A stretch of 64,000 bases of DNA from Anaerolineales bacterium (GTDB taxonomy: Bacteria > Chloroflexota > Anaerolineae > 4572-78 > J111): the NCBI GenBank assembly GCA_020634935.1, contig JACKAT010000027.1:1-64000 (forward strand). Direction: 5' to 3'. A program made the translations under genes and the position numbers. The stretch's first letter is position 1. Every line of letters starts with the position of its first letter. Positions 1 to 8,210 of the stretch are shown here, in pieces. The notes beneath the pieces are model-generated. The model ran no database searches, was not told the origin of the DNA, and saw nothing but the letters and a program-made list of their open reading frames with translations.

Positions 1-127
1 CATCAGCAAAAACAAAAAGAAGGGAATGACAAAAAATTAACACATCTAACACCCTAAATGATCTTATCCCCTATACCTCGTTACTCCTTATTCCTTCATC
101 CCTCATCCCTCATCATTCATCATTCCC

Positions 128-1216
128 ATGATCTGGCTTGGTGCTTATTCCCCCGGCGCGCTTATTTTGCCGAACGCTTCACCGACGCCGGCGCAGATGT
201 ATGCGCCGCGTGGGGTGTTTATGGATGATGACTGGCTGGTGGTGGCCGATACCGGCAATCACCGGCTGCTGATCTGGCGCGGCTGCCCGACCGAGGACCA
301 ACAACCGGCCGATGTGGTCTTGGGCCAGCCCGATTTCTTCAGCGAGGGCGCTAACGCCGGCGGGCGCGGCCCGGAGCGGGGCTTGCATTTGCCGACCGGT
401 GTGGCGATATATAATGGAAAGCTCTTTGTAGCCGACGCCTGGAACCACCGCGTTTTGGTCTGGAATGAGGTCCCGCAGCGCTCCGATACCGCGCCCGACT
501 ACGCCGTGGGCCAGCCGAACCTCAGCGCGGTGATCGAGAATCGCGGCGGCGGGGTCAGCGCCCTGGGCTTATACTGGCCGTATGGCTTGGCTTACCTCAA
601 CGGCTGGTTTTACGTGACCGACACCGGCAACCGGCGGGTGCTGGTCTGGCGCGGCTTGCCGGAGCCGGATCAAGCGCCGGAGGTGATTATGGGGCAAGAT
701 GGACCTGACCGGGGGTTGGAAAATCGGGGGACGGGCGTCGCGGCCAATACCTTTCGCTGGCCGCACGCGGTGGCCGGAAACAGCGACATCGTTTACATCG
801 CCGATGCCGGCAACCACCGTATTCTCGGCTGGCGGGGATCGCCGCCCGAAGATCGGCCGGCCGAGGTGGTCATCGGCCAGCCCGATTTTAGCCGGGCGGC
901 GGAGTGGCCCTACGGCAAGCAAGGCCCGCAGGCGCTGCGCTTTCCCTATGCCATCGCCGTTGAAAACGACACCCTGGCCGTGGCCGATACGGCCAACAAT
1001 CGGGTGCTGCTGTGGCCGGACCTGCCCCAAGCCGGCTGTTTTCAAGCGGCCAGCGCCGTGCTCGGCCAGCCCGATTTCGAGGCCAACGGCGAAAACCGCT
1101 GGCAGCGCGTTGACCGCGATACATTATGCTGGCCCTACGGCCTTCATCTGCATCGAGGCCGGTTAGCCATCGCCGACTCCGGCAACAATCGGGTGATGAT
1201 TTGGGATATCAATTAA
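128..1216 (+). CDS. NHL-repeat beta-propeller protein (six NHL blades)
   Basis: Six repeats of the type 'ADTGNHRLLIW', 'VADAWNHRVLVW', 'VTDTGNRRVLVW', 'ADAGNHRILGW', 'VADTANNRVLLW', 'ADSGNNRVMIW' each followed by 'GQPDF'. ATG at 128; no obvious RBS, so the N-terminus may be mis-set. Confidence 0.7.
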   Translation: MIWLGAYSPGALILPNASPTPAQMYAPRGVFMDDDWLVVADTGNHRLLIWRGCPTEDQQPADVVLGQPDFFSEGANAGGRGPERGLHLPTGVAIYNGKLFVADAWNHRVLVWNEVPQRSDTAPDYAVGQPNLSAVIENRGGGVSALGLYWPYGLAYLNGWFYVTDTGNRRVLVWRGLPEPDQAPEVIMGQDGPDRGLENRGTGVAANTFRWPHAVAGNSDIVYIADAGNHRILGWRGSPPEDRPAEVVIGQPDFSRAAEWPYGKQGPQALRFPYAIAVENDTLAVADTANNRVLLWPDLPQAGCFQAASAVLGQPDFEANGENRWQRVDRDTLCWPYGLHLHRGRLAIADSGNNRVMIWDIN

Positions 1217-1221
1217 AGATG

Positions 1222-1385
1222 TAGCGGAGCGACCAAGCTGGCTTTGTCATTTACAATGAAAATATAGCGGAGCGACCAAGCTTGCTTTGTCATTTACAGT
1301 CGGGTCAAAGTAAACTTTGACGCTCCAAGCCGTTATTTTCGAGGTCAAAGTAAACTTTGACGCTCCAGACCGTTATTTTCGAGGG
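1222..1385. repeat. Composite direct repeats: 34-bp unit DR1 x2 (1222-1255, 1265-1298) then 42-bp unit DR2 x2 (1302-1343, 1344-1385)
   Basis: 'tagcggagcgaccaagctggctttgtcatttaca' is repeated with 1 mismatch. 'gtcaaagtaaactttgacgctcca[ag][ga]ccgttattttcgag' is repeated. DR2 contains the palindrome 'gtcaaagt aa actttgac'. Confidence 0.85.
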
Positions 1386-1427
1386 AGTGCGACAGAACCT
1401 CGGTACAGCAACGACAATGGAAATTCC

Positions 1428-1453
1428 GTAGGACAAACTTAAGTTTGTCCTAC
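1428..1453. repeat. Perfect 26-bp palindrome 'gtaggacaaacttaagtttgtcctac', copy 1, 27 nt upstream of hypC
   Basis: 13-bp arms with no mismatch; the identical sequence recurs at 1803-1828. Confidence 0.85.
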
Positions 1454-1479
1454 AAACCATTTTCAGAGGAGAATAAACT

Positions 1480-1746
1480 ATGTGCTTAGGTGTACCTGGC
1501 AAAGTGGTTGATATTTACGAGCAGTTCGGCACGCGGATGGGCCGGGTTGATTTTGACGGCATCGTCAAAGAAGTTTGTCTGGCCTACCTGCCGGAAATCG
1601 AGGTAGGCGATTACACCATCATCCACGTCGGCTTCGCCATCTCCAAATTAGACGAAGAAGAAGCCCACAAGACGCTGGCCCTATTTAGAGAATTGGGGCT
1701 GTTAGAGGAAGAGTTGGGCGTCGATGAGCCGGAGCATGCGGTTTGA
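1480..1746 (+). CDS. hypC: Hydrogenase maturation factor HypC (HupF/HypC family)
   Basis: The N-terminus 'MCLGVPGKVVDI' has the essential Cys2 signature of HypC. Length is 88 aa. RBS 'gaggag' upstream. It is followed by hypD and hypE. Confidence 0.9.
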   Translation: MCLGVPGKVVDIYEQFGTRMGRVDFDGIVKEVCLAYLPEIEVGDYTIIHVGFAISKLDEEEAHKTLALFRELGLLEEELGVDEPEHAV

Positions 1747-1802
1747 TGTAGGATTGTCAAAGTAGCCAATTGGCTTATAATAGCTCAATAAGTCGGGGTG
1801 AC

Positions 1803-1828
1803 GTAGGACAAACTTAAGTTTGTCCTAC
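1803..1828. repeat. Perfect 26-bp palindrome 'gtaggacaaacttaagtttgtcctac', copy 2, between hypC and hypD
   Basis: Identical to 1428-1453. Confidence 0.85.
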
Positions 1829-1887
1829 CAAAGCGCCTGCTTGTTGTGCCTATAGTTCAATTATGACAGTGATGTCAAAGGGGGACG

Positions 1888-3015
1888 ATGATGAAATATT
1901 TAGACGAATTTAGAGACCCTGATCTGGCCGAAAAATTGCTCGATGATATTCATCGCTTAACCAAAGGGCATTGGGCGATTATGGAGGTGTGCGGCGGGCA
2001 GACTCACTCGATTATCCGCAACGGAATCGACCAACTCATTCCCAGCAACATCGAATTAATCCACGGTCCCGGCTGTCCGGTCTGCGTGACGCCGCTGGAG
2101 ATGATCGACCGGGCGTTGGCGGTGGCCGCCCGGCCCAATGTCATCTTCTGCTCCTTTGGCGATATGCTGCGCGTGCCGGGCAGCGAGAAGGATTTGTTCC
2201 GCATCAAAAGCGAAGGCGGCGACATCCGCATTGTGTACTCGCCGCTGGACGCCATCAAAATTGCCCGCGAAAACCCGGATCGCGAGGTGGTTTTCTTCGG
2301 CATCGGCTTTGAGACTACCGCCCCGGCCAACGCGATGGCCGTTTTTCAAGCCAAGCAGCAGGGCCTGACCAACTTCTCCATGCTGGTCTCGCACGTGTTA
2401 GTGCCTCCCGCCATTTCCGCCATTCTGGAGTCGCCGGTTAACCGGGTGCAGGGTTTTTTGGCCGCCGGTCACGTGTGCAGCGTGATGGGCTTCTGGCAGT
2501 ACGGCCCGCTGGTTGAACGATACCACGTGCCGATTGTCATCACCGGCTTCGAGCCGCTGGACGTGTTGGAAGGCATCCGTATGACCATCAAGCAGCTTGA
2601 AGAAGGCCGGGCCGAAGTGGAAAACGCCTATGCTCGCTCGGTCAATTATGAGGGCAACACGCCGGCTCAAAAGATGCTGGCCGATGTCTTTGAAGTGACC
2701 GACCGCAGTTGGCGCGGCATCGGTGAAATCCCCGGCAGCGGCTGGAAATTGAGCGCCAAATACAGCGATTTTGACGCCGAACTCAAGTACGCCGTGACCG
2801 ATATCAAAACTCACGAGTCGCCGTTGTGCCGCAGCGGCGAGGTGCTGCAAGGGCTGATCAAGCCCAACCAATGCGAGGCGTTTGGCAAAGAGTGTACCCC
2901 GCGCAAACCCCTCGGCGCGACGATGGTCTCCAGCGAGGGCGCTTGCGCCGCCTACTTCCAATATGGCCGCTTTGCCGAATTAACCCAAGACGTGATTCAC
3001 CTGGAGCAAGTTTAG
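1888..3015 (+). CDS. hypD: Hydrogenase maturation factor HypD
   Basis: Motifs 'CGGQTHS', '[10 protein letters not shown]', 'GFETTAP', and C-terminal 'CEAFGKEC...C' as in HypD. Length is 375 aa. Confidence 0.92.
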   Translation: MMKYLDEFRDPDLAEKLLDDIHRLTKGHWAIMEVCGGQTHSIIRNGIDQLIPSNIELIHGPGCPVCVTPLEMIDRALAVAARPNVIFCSFGDMLRVPGSEKDLFRIKSEGGDIRIVYSPLDAIKIARENPDREVVFFGIGFETTAPANAMAVFQAKQQGLTNFSMLVSHVLVPPAISAILESPVNRVQGFLAAGHVCSVMGFWQYGPLVERYHVPIVITGFEPLDVLEGIRMTIKQLEEGRAEVENAYARSVNYEGNTPAQKMLADVFEVTDRSWRGIGEIPGSGWKLSAKYSDFDAELKYAVTDIKTHESPLCRSGEVLQGLIKPNQCEAFGKECTPRKPLGATMVSSEGACAAYFQYGRFAELTQDVIHLEQV

Positions 3016-3016
3016 G

Positions 3017-4075
3017 ATGACCGAGCCGTTAAATTTCGAAGGCTGGGTTTGCCCCATGCCCCTGCGCGACCACCCCAACGTCATTATGGGCCACGGCGGC
3101 GGCGGCAAGCTGTCGGCGGAACTGGTCGAGCATCTTTTTCTGCCGGCCTTCAAAAATGAGACCCTGGCCCATCTGGGCGACTCGGCGGTGCTGCCGGTGG
3201 CGGGTGGCCGGCTGGCCTTCTCGACCGATTCCTATGTGGTGCGCCCCCTCTTTTTCCCCGGCGGCAACATCGGCGATCTGGCCGTCAACGGCACGGTCAA
3301 CGACATCGCCATGAGCGGCGGCCAACCGCTCTACCTGAGCACCGGCTTTATTATTGAAGAAGGGATGCCGCTCGACCAACTGGGCGTGATTGTGGACACG
3401 ATGGGCGCGGCGGCCAGAGCGGCGGGGGTGTCGTTAGTGACCGGCGATACCAAAGTGGTCGATAAGGGACATGGCGACGGGGTCTACATCAACACCAGCG
3501 GCTTCGGCCTGATTCCCGACGGCGTTGATATTCATCCCGCTAACGCCCGCCCCGGCGACGTGGTCATCATTAGCGGCGAGATCGGCACGCACGGTATCGC
3601 CATTATGAGTGTGCGCGAGGGGCTGGAATTCGAGACCGTCATCGAAACCGACTCGGCCCCGCTGAACGGCCTTGTAAGTGAGATGCTCAACGTCAGCCCC
3701 CATATCCACGTCCTGCGCGATCCCACGCGCGGCGGCGTCGCCTCCTCGCTGAACGAGATTGCCAAAGCCTCGAAGGTCGGCATTGTGCTGCAGGAACGCC
3801 AACTGCCGGTGGCGCAGGCCGTTCACTCCGCCTGCGAACTGCTGGGCATGGATCCCATCTACGTCGCTAACGAAGGCAAGCTGATTGCCATCGTCCCGCC
3901 CGATATCGCTGAAGCGGTGCTGGCCTGTATGCAGCAGCACCCCCTCGGCCGCCGGGCGGTCATCATCGGCCAGGTGACCGGCCAGCATCCGGGTATCGTC
4001 GTCTCCAAAACCGGCATCGGCGGCACCCGCGTGGTCGATATGCAGATCGGCGAGCAGTTGCCGAGGATTTGTTAA
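3017..4075 (+). CDS. hypE: Hydrogenase maturation factor HypE (AIR-synthase-like)
   Basis: PurM-like fold with the C-terminal 'PRIC' motif, the HypE cysteine that is carbamoylated then cyanated. It starts 2 nt after the hypD stop. Confidence 0.92.
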   Translation: MTEPLNFEGWVCPMPLRDHPNVIMGHGGGGKLSAELVEHLFLPAFKNETLAHLGDSAVLPVAGGRLAFSTDSYVVRPLFFPGGNIGDLAVNGTVNDIAMSGGQPLYLSTGFIIEEGMPLDQLGVIVDTMGAAARAAGVSLVTGDTKVVDKGHGDGVYINTSGFGLIPDGVDIHPANARPGDVVIISGEIGTHGIAIMSVREGLEFETVIETDSAPLNGLVSEMLNVSPHIHVLRDPTRGGVASSLNEIAKASKVGIVLQERQLPVAQAVHSACELLGMDPIYVANEGKLIAIVPPDIAEAVLACMQQHPLGRRAVIIGQVTGQHPGIVVSKTGIGGTRVVDMQIGEQLPRIC

Positions 4076-4188
4076 AGCCAGGCTGTTTTGTCCCGATAAA
4101 AATTTAATCCGCGTAAAAATGTAACGAACGCCAAGATAAAATAAATGCAAATCTTGGCGTTCGTTGCTTTGGGGAAGCTCAACTTATC

Positions 4189-4246
4189 GGAGCGTCAAAG
4201 TTTACTTTGACCCGGCCGTGAATGACAAAGCAAGCTTTGTCGCTCC
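4189..4246. repeat. Inverted copy of DR2 (4189-4213) and DR1 (4223-4246) downstream of hypE
   Basis: 'ggagcgtcaaagtttactttgaccc' is the reverse complement of the DR2 core. 'tgacaaagcaagctttgtcgctcc' is the reverse complement of the DR1 core with 1 mismatch. Confidence 0.8.
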
Positions 4247-4274
4247 AAACTTTTATGCTCGGAGAAGACCTTTC

Positions 4275-4700
4275 GGGTTGGTGGGAAGCCGAAAAAGCTG
4301 CCGAAAGGGCGTGCTGGGCTAGCCGGAGGTCGAAAAAGTTACTGAGACGATGTTCCGGGCTAGCGGGAGATCGAAAAAGCTGCCGAAAGGCTGTGCTGGG
4401 CTAGCCGGAGGTCGAAAAAGTTACTGAGACGATGTTCCGGGCTAGCGGCAGGTCGCAAAAGCTGCCGAGAGGATGTGCCGGGCTAGCGGCAGGTCGCAAA
4501 AGTTACCGGGATGATGTTCCGGGCTAGCCGGAGGTTGAAAAAGTTGCTGGAATGATGTTTCGGGCTAGCGGGAGGTTGAAAAAGTTGCCGGGATGATGTT
4601 CCGGGTTGGCGGGAGGTTGAAAAGGTTATTCAATAGACGTTTTGGGTTGGTGAGAGGTCAAAAAAGTTACCCGAGACTCGTTTCAAGTTGGCAAAGGGGC
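4275..4700. repeat. Tandem minisatellite, about 10 units of 41-42 bp ('gggctagc.gga.gtcgaaaaagtt.c.g.ga.gatgttcc'), with an alternating roughly 83-bp higher-order period
   Basis: Units are directly abutting with no spacers. Two unit subtypes ('gctgccgaaagg' and 'gttactgagacg') alternate over the first 6 units. Degeneration increases towards the 3' end. Confidence 0.85.
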
Positions 4701-4998
4701 AAAATTTGGCCTTGCAATTGGTCGGGGGATAAATGGAATAGGGTAGGGGAACAGGATAGACCAGATTGATAGGATTTAAGAGGTCAATTCAATAAAAGAT
4801 AGCGGATCGTGAATAAAATCGATCTATAAGCGGGCCTTGAGGCGGTTATCTTCAACAATTGGCTGTTCAGGTACCGGCGCGATGGGTATTTTAGGCGCGG
4901 CTTAGATTATATAATAGAAACCTTTAGCTGCTCTCGAAAAAAACCTTAATTTGCAGTATAATTAAGTTAAGCAATCAAGTAAGCTAAAGAGCGCTGTC

Positions 4999-6843
4999 AT
5001 GTCGCAACAAGATGAAGTTGAAAAGCTAATACACATACATCAACGACGGCTGCAGAAGCTCAAAGAGCAACAGGCTATGTTTGGCGCTTCCGTTGATCCT
5101 AAAATTCCTCTGGAAATTGAGGATATTGAAGCAAAACTTGACGAACTCAATAGTAAATTCAGCCAATCAGATATAGCCGAACAAAGCTCTACTATTGATG
5201 AAGATAGGAAGATGTCTAAAGGGCTAGGCCATCGCCTGGTTAATAAATTTTTGACAAGTAGCCTGGGAAAAAAATTAGTGGTGATTTCTGAGCTCACTGT
5301 CGCGATACTGGCCTGTGTGGCTGCCTGGTTGGTGGTTCCTCCCTTTAGCAACGTATTTATTTCCCCGACGCCGACGCCAACTGTCATCAGTTTTGATTAT
5401 CAGGTACGGGTGCAAGCGTTAAGTACGGGCGATCCTATACCTAATGCCAAGGTAATTATCGATGTTGGGAATGAAATAGCCCCTAAAGACGATATTACCG
5501 ACTCGAATGGGTTAGCGAGAGTGGTAATCGATGTCGCTCTGGTGGGAAAGCATGGCCGGTTAATGGTTCAGGCCACCGGGTACAAGAGCTATAATCAGAA
5601 TATTGATCTAACTAAAGGGGTCTTGCCGGATATTATTCCCCTTGAAAAGGAAGCGGTTCAGTTACCTGAACCTGATGGGCCCGAGGTTAGCCATACGCCG
5701 GCTGCCCCGGCTCTGCAATGTAACCGGTCAATTAGCGATGATCAAGCGGGCGTACTCAAAGTTGTCATTGCTGATTTTAATGAAAATGTTACGGGTGATA
5801 ATCTCAATATAGAGGACCGTCTGTTTGATGGTCTAAACGAATCAACTTCGGATACAGTTATTGTCTGCCGTATCTCACAGGTGATCGGAACCTCTGTTGA
5901 AGCCCGTAAAATGGGCCAAGAATTAGGGGCTGCCCTGGTTTTGTGGGGCCGGCGAGATTCGGCTGCTTTTGAAATTGGTTTGGAAGTAGCCGATTGGGAA
6001 CTTGACCGTATGGTACAAAGCCCGCCTCAGCAAGCAGAGAGTTTTTTATTTCAAACGAAATTTCTGCCGGCGTTGATAACCTTGCTTGACAATCTGACGC
6101 TAAGTGAAATTTACTATCTTGATGGCGATGTAAAGCCGGCTCGTAAGATACTTTCCTCGGCCTTATCAGACGATGCGGTTAAAGATATTACTGACGATAA
6201 TGCGGCAGAATTAGCCTCAGCTTACTGGTTTTTGGGCTTCTTATTTGATTACCCGCAACCTGAGCCTGATCTTAACCGCGCTTTAGATGCCTATGACCAG
6301 GCCTTGGCCCTCGACAAAAGTTTACAGGCCGCTCTCTTGAACAAAGGCAAAGTTTTAGAAGGGTTAGAAAAACCTAACCTGGCCATAGCCGCTTATACCC
6401 AACTGATCGAGGCTCATTCTTCGCTGGCGGCGCTAGCCTTAGTCAACCGGGCCAACTTATTTCATTTTCAGGATAATGATGAAGCGGCTATGGCCGATAT
6501 AAAAGCTGTCATTGAATTGGATCCGGTCATAGGCTACCGGCAGCGAGCGGAAGCCTATTTGACCTGGTGGGGAGATGCCGACAGCGCTCTCAAAGATTTT
6601 CAAGCAGTGATCAAGTATGAGCCTGATAATCCTGAAAATTATCATTTTCTGGGTATGACTCAACTAAAAATAGGTCAGGAAGACGAAGCAAAGCAAACTT
6701 ACCAGGCTTGCCTGCCCTACCTGGATCAAGAGATGCAAGCTTTTATGGTGGCAGAGCTGAAAGCACTCGCCCAAGCTAAACCGCAATTGGCTAATGCTAT
6801 CGACCCTATTACCGTTATGCTAGAGACAGCTTCACTCCCCTAA
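4999..6843 (+). CDS. Hypothetical membrane-anchored protein: N-terminal coiled coil, one TM helix, C-terminal TPR-like repeats
   Basis: The first ~55 aa are a heptad-rich N-terminus. A hydrophobic helix 'VVISELTVAILACVAAWLVV' follows. The C-terminal half has TPR-like 34-aa repeats ('AYDQALALDKSLQAALLNKGKVL', 'ALKDFQAVIKYEPDNPENYHFLGM'). GC is lower than in flanking genes. Confidence 0.55.
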   Translation: MSQQDEVEKLIHIHQRRLQKLKEQQAMFGASVDPKIPLEIEDIEAKLDELNSKFSQSDIAEQSSTIDEDRKMSKGLGHRLVNKFLTSSLGKKLVVISELTVAILACVAAWLVVPPFSNVFISPTPTPTVISFDYQVRVQALSTGDPIPNAKVIIDVGNEIAPKDDITDSNGLARVVIDVALVGKHGRLMVQATGYKSYNQNIDLTKGVLPDIIPLEKEAVQLPEPDGPEVSHTPAAPALQCNRSISDDQAGVLKVVIADFNENVTGDNLNIEDRLFDGLNESTSDTVIVCRISQVIGTSVEARKMGQELGAALVLWGRRDSAAFEIGLEVADWELDRMVQSPPQQAESFLFQTKFLPALITLLDNLTLSEIYYLDGDVKPARKILSSALSDDAVKDITDDNAAELASAYWFLGFLFDYPQPEPDLNRALDAYDQALALDKSLQAALLNKGKVLEGLEKPNLAIAAYTQLIEAHSSLAALALVNRANLFHFQDNDEAAMADIKAVIELDPVIGYRQRAEAYLTWWGDADSALKDFQAVIKYEPDNPENYHFLGMTQLKIGQEDEAKQTYQACLPYLDQEMQAFMVAELKALAQAKPQLANAIDPITVMLETASLP

Positions 6844-6845
6844 CT

Positions 6846-7400
6846 TTATAGGTTAGGGCAGCCCCCCCGGCAAGGCGTATGTTTGCACCTCCCATTACTT
6901 ACATACCAACGCCACCTTCTTCTACCCGCGTTAAAACAGCATTGATATCCACCACAGCGGCGATTAAAATTATAAGAATAAGTTGCCGAAAAATAGGCAG
7001 ATAGGCTGCGGCCTATCAATATATCCCCAGATGTCCGTTCTTCTAATTGGGCGGTAAATTCCGCAGCAAGTTGGTCGACCTGGTCAAAAGAGAGAGGATT
7101 TTCAGCCCGATCTAAGTCCTCTTCATTGATGTCTTCTTCAGGCAGTTCTTCAATCAAGGGCACCTCACCTGATCGGATATAATAAGCTTCCCCAAGGTCC
7201 TCACGCTCTTTTAGGGGGGCATAATAGCCCAGTTCGAGACCTGTCACCGCCACAGATTCTACATCAACACCTTCCTCTTCAGCGCTTCGCTGTAATTCTT
7301 CCAGGATTCTTTGCTCTGCGATGTAGAATACTTCAGATAAAATTTCATCAGGAATTGGTCCTGAAACCTCACTGCGAATTGGCCTATCGTTACTTTCCAT
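6846..7400 (-). CDS. Hypothetical acidic protein (the C-terminal ~50 aa of the ORF are probably non-coding read-through)
   Basis: RBS 'aaggag' lies 7 nt upstream of the ATG at 7400. The first ~130 aa are highly acidic (about 30 percent D/E). The Cys/Arg/Trp-rich tail over 6846-7000 looks like a translated GC-rich spacer. Confidence 0.4.
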   Translation of the reverse strand: MESNDRPIRSEVSGPIPDEILSEVFYIAEQRILEELQRSAEEEGVDVESVAVTGLELGYYAPLKEREDLGEAYYIRSGEVPLIEELPEEDINEEDLDRAENPLSFDQVDQLAAEFTAQLEERTSGDILIGRSLSAYFSATYSYNFNRRCGGYQCCFNAGRRRWRWYVSNGRCKHTPCRGGCPNL

Positions 7401-7465
7401 GATTTAACTCCTTTTATAATAGTGGATAATTATTGATAATAGTAGAGAAATATGGGTTTTTATCT

Positions 7466-7613
7466 CTTAGAGGCGGTTTCAAAAGTGTGCTAGGGCCCAC
7501 ACATAGACCCAGATTATCACTGATATTATCAAAATTGAGATAAAAATCGGTGACTATCAGGGTAAATTTGTGGACAACTCAGTAAACTTCCCCTTTTAAA
7601 ACAGCTTCTTAGG
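7466..7613 (+). mobile_element. MITE-like element, family B, copy 1 (TIR approximately 'ctct.aga..ctgttttaaaag')
   Basis: About 145 bp with an AT-rich core 'gataaaaatcggtgactatc...gtggacaactc'. Related copies lie at 23704-23867 (inverted) and 41862-42006. Confidence 0.7.
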
Positions 7614-7902
7614 TTCCTAACCTACAGATCTTTCTGTAGCATTTTTATTAGATGGTTTAGGACAATGGAAGAAGATTTTCAAGGGGACGTTGATGAACGC
7701 TGTGGTATTCGGAGTGGTCGAAACGATGGAGAAACCGGGGCAGTTAAGGAAGAAAGGTAATAGCAAAAAAAGATGATATTTTTAACTATATCATATTTAG
7801 GCTTAATTTAACAGGGGTGTGAGAAAAATTTTAAACAACAAGGTATATCTATTTGCTCTCGTTTATTGTAGCAGGCTCGACTCAATTTTTTCTCAAATAG
7901 GT

Positions 7903-8031
7903 AGGACTTACGCAGTTGGGGTATCGAAACAAGGTGACAGTCACTTAGCGGTGATAAATCGACCTGTTTGGGCTAACCAGACGTTCATTTTTGGCAAAAA
8001 GTGACTGTCACCTGTTGAACTGCGTAACGCC
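7903..8031. mobile_element. MITE-like element, family A, copy 1 (TIR 'ggacttacgcag'/'ctgcgtaa')
   Basis: 129 bp with an internal inverted repeat 'ggtgacagtcac...gtgactgtcacc'. It is highly similar to 10918-11045 and shares termini with 19931-20038. Confidence 0.75.
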
Positions 8032-8210
8032 TAATAGGATAGGATCATCTGACGCTGGCAACTTGGGTTATCTAAAGTAAAAAGGCCACGAATGACCCGA
8101 ATTAACGCCCGTTTGTGGCTGGACGGGTGAAAATTCGAGGCCATTCGTGGCTAAAATAGGGGATAAATTTTTTAAGAGGAGGCTATATTTCCCCTAGTAT
8201 ACCCCTATCA

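Noticed and set aside
179-1124. Minus-strand ORFs (179..448, 569..1045, 888..1124) inside the NHL-repeat gene, and many similar antisense ORFs (e.g. 2004..2394, 3434..4150, 11366..12928, 16836..17489, 42448..43923)
   Set aside because: These are shadow ORFs of high-GC coding DNA. They have no RBS and no recognisable motifs, and they overlap confidently called genes.
4222-4404. 60-aa ORF overlapping the tandem array
   Set aside because: Its sequence merely translates the repeats. No RBS.
4275-4700. Possible CRISPR array
   Set aside because: The 41-42 bp units are directly contiguous with no intervening unique spacers. No cas genes nearby. Classified as a minisatellite.
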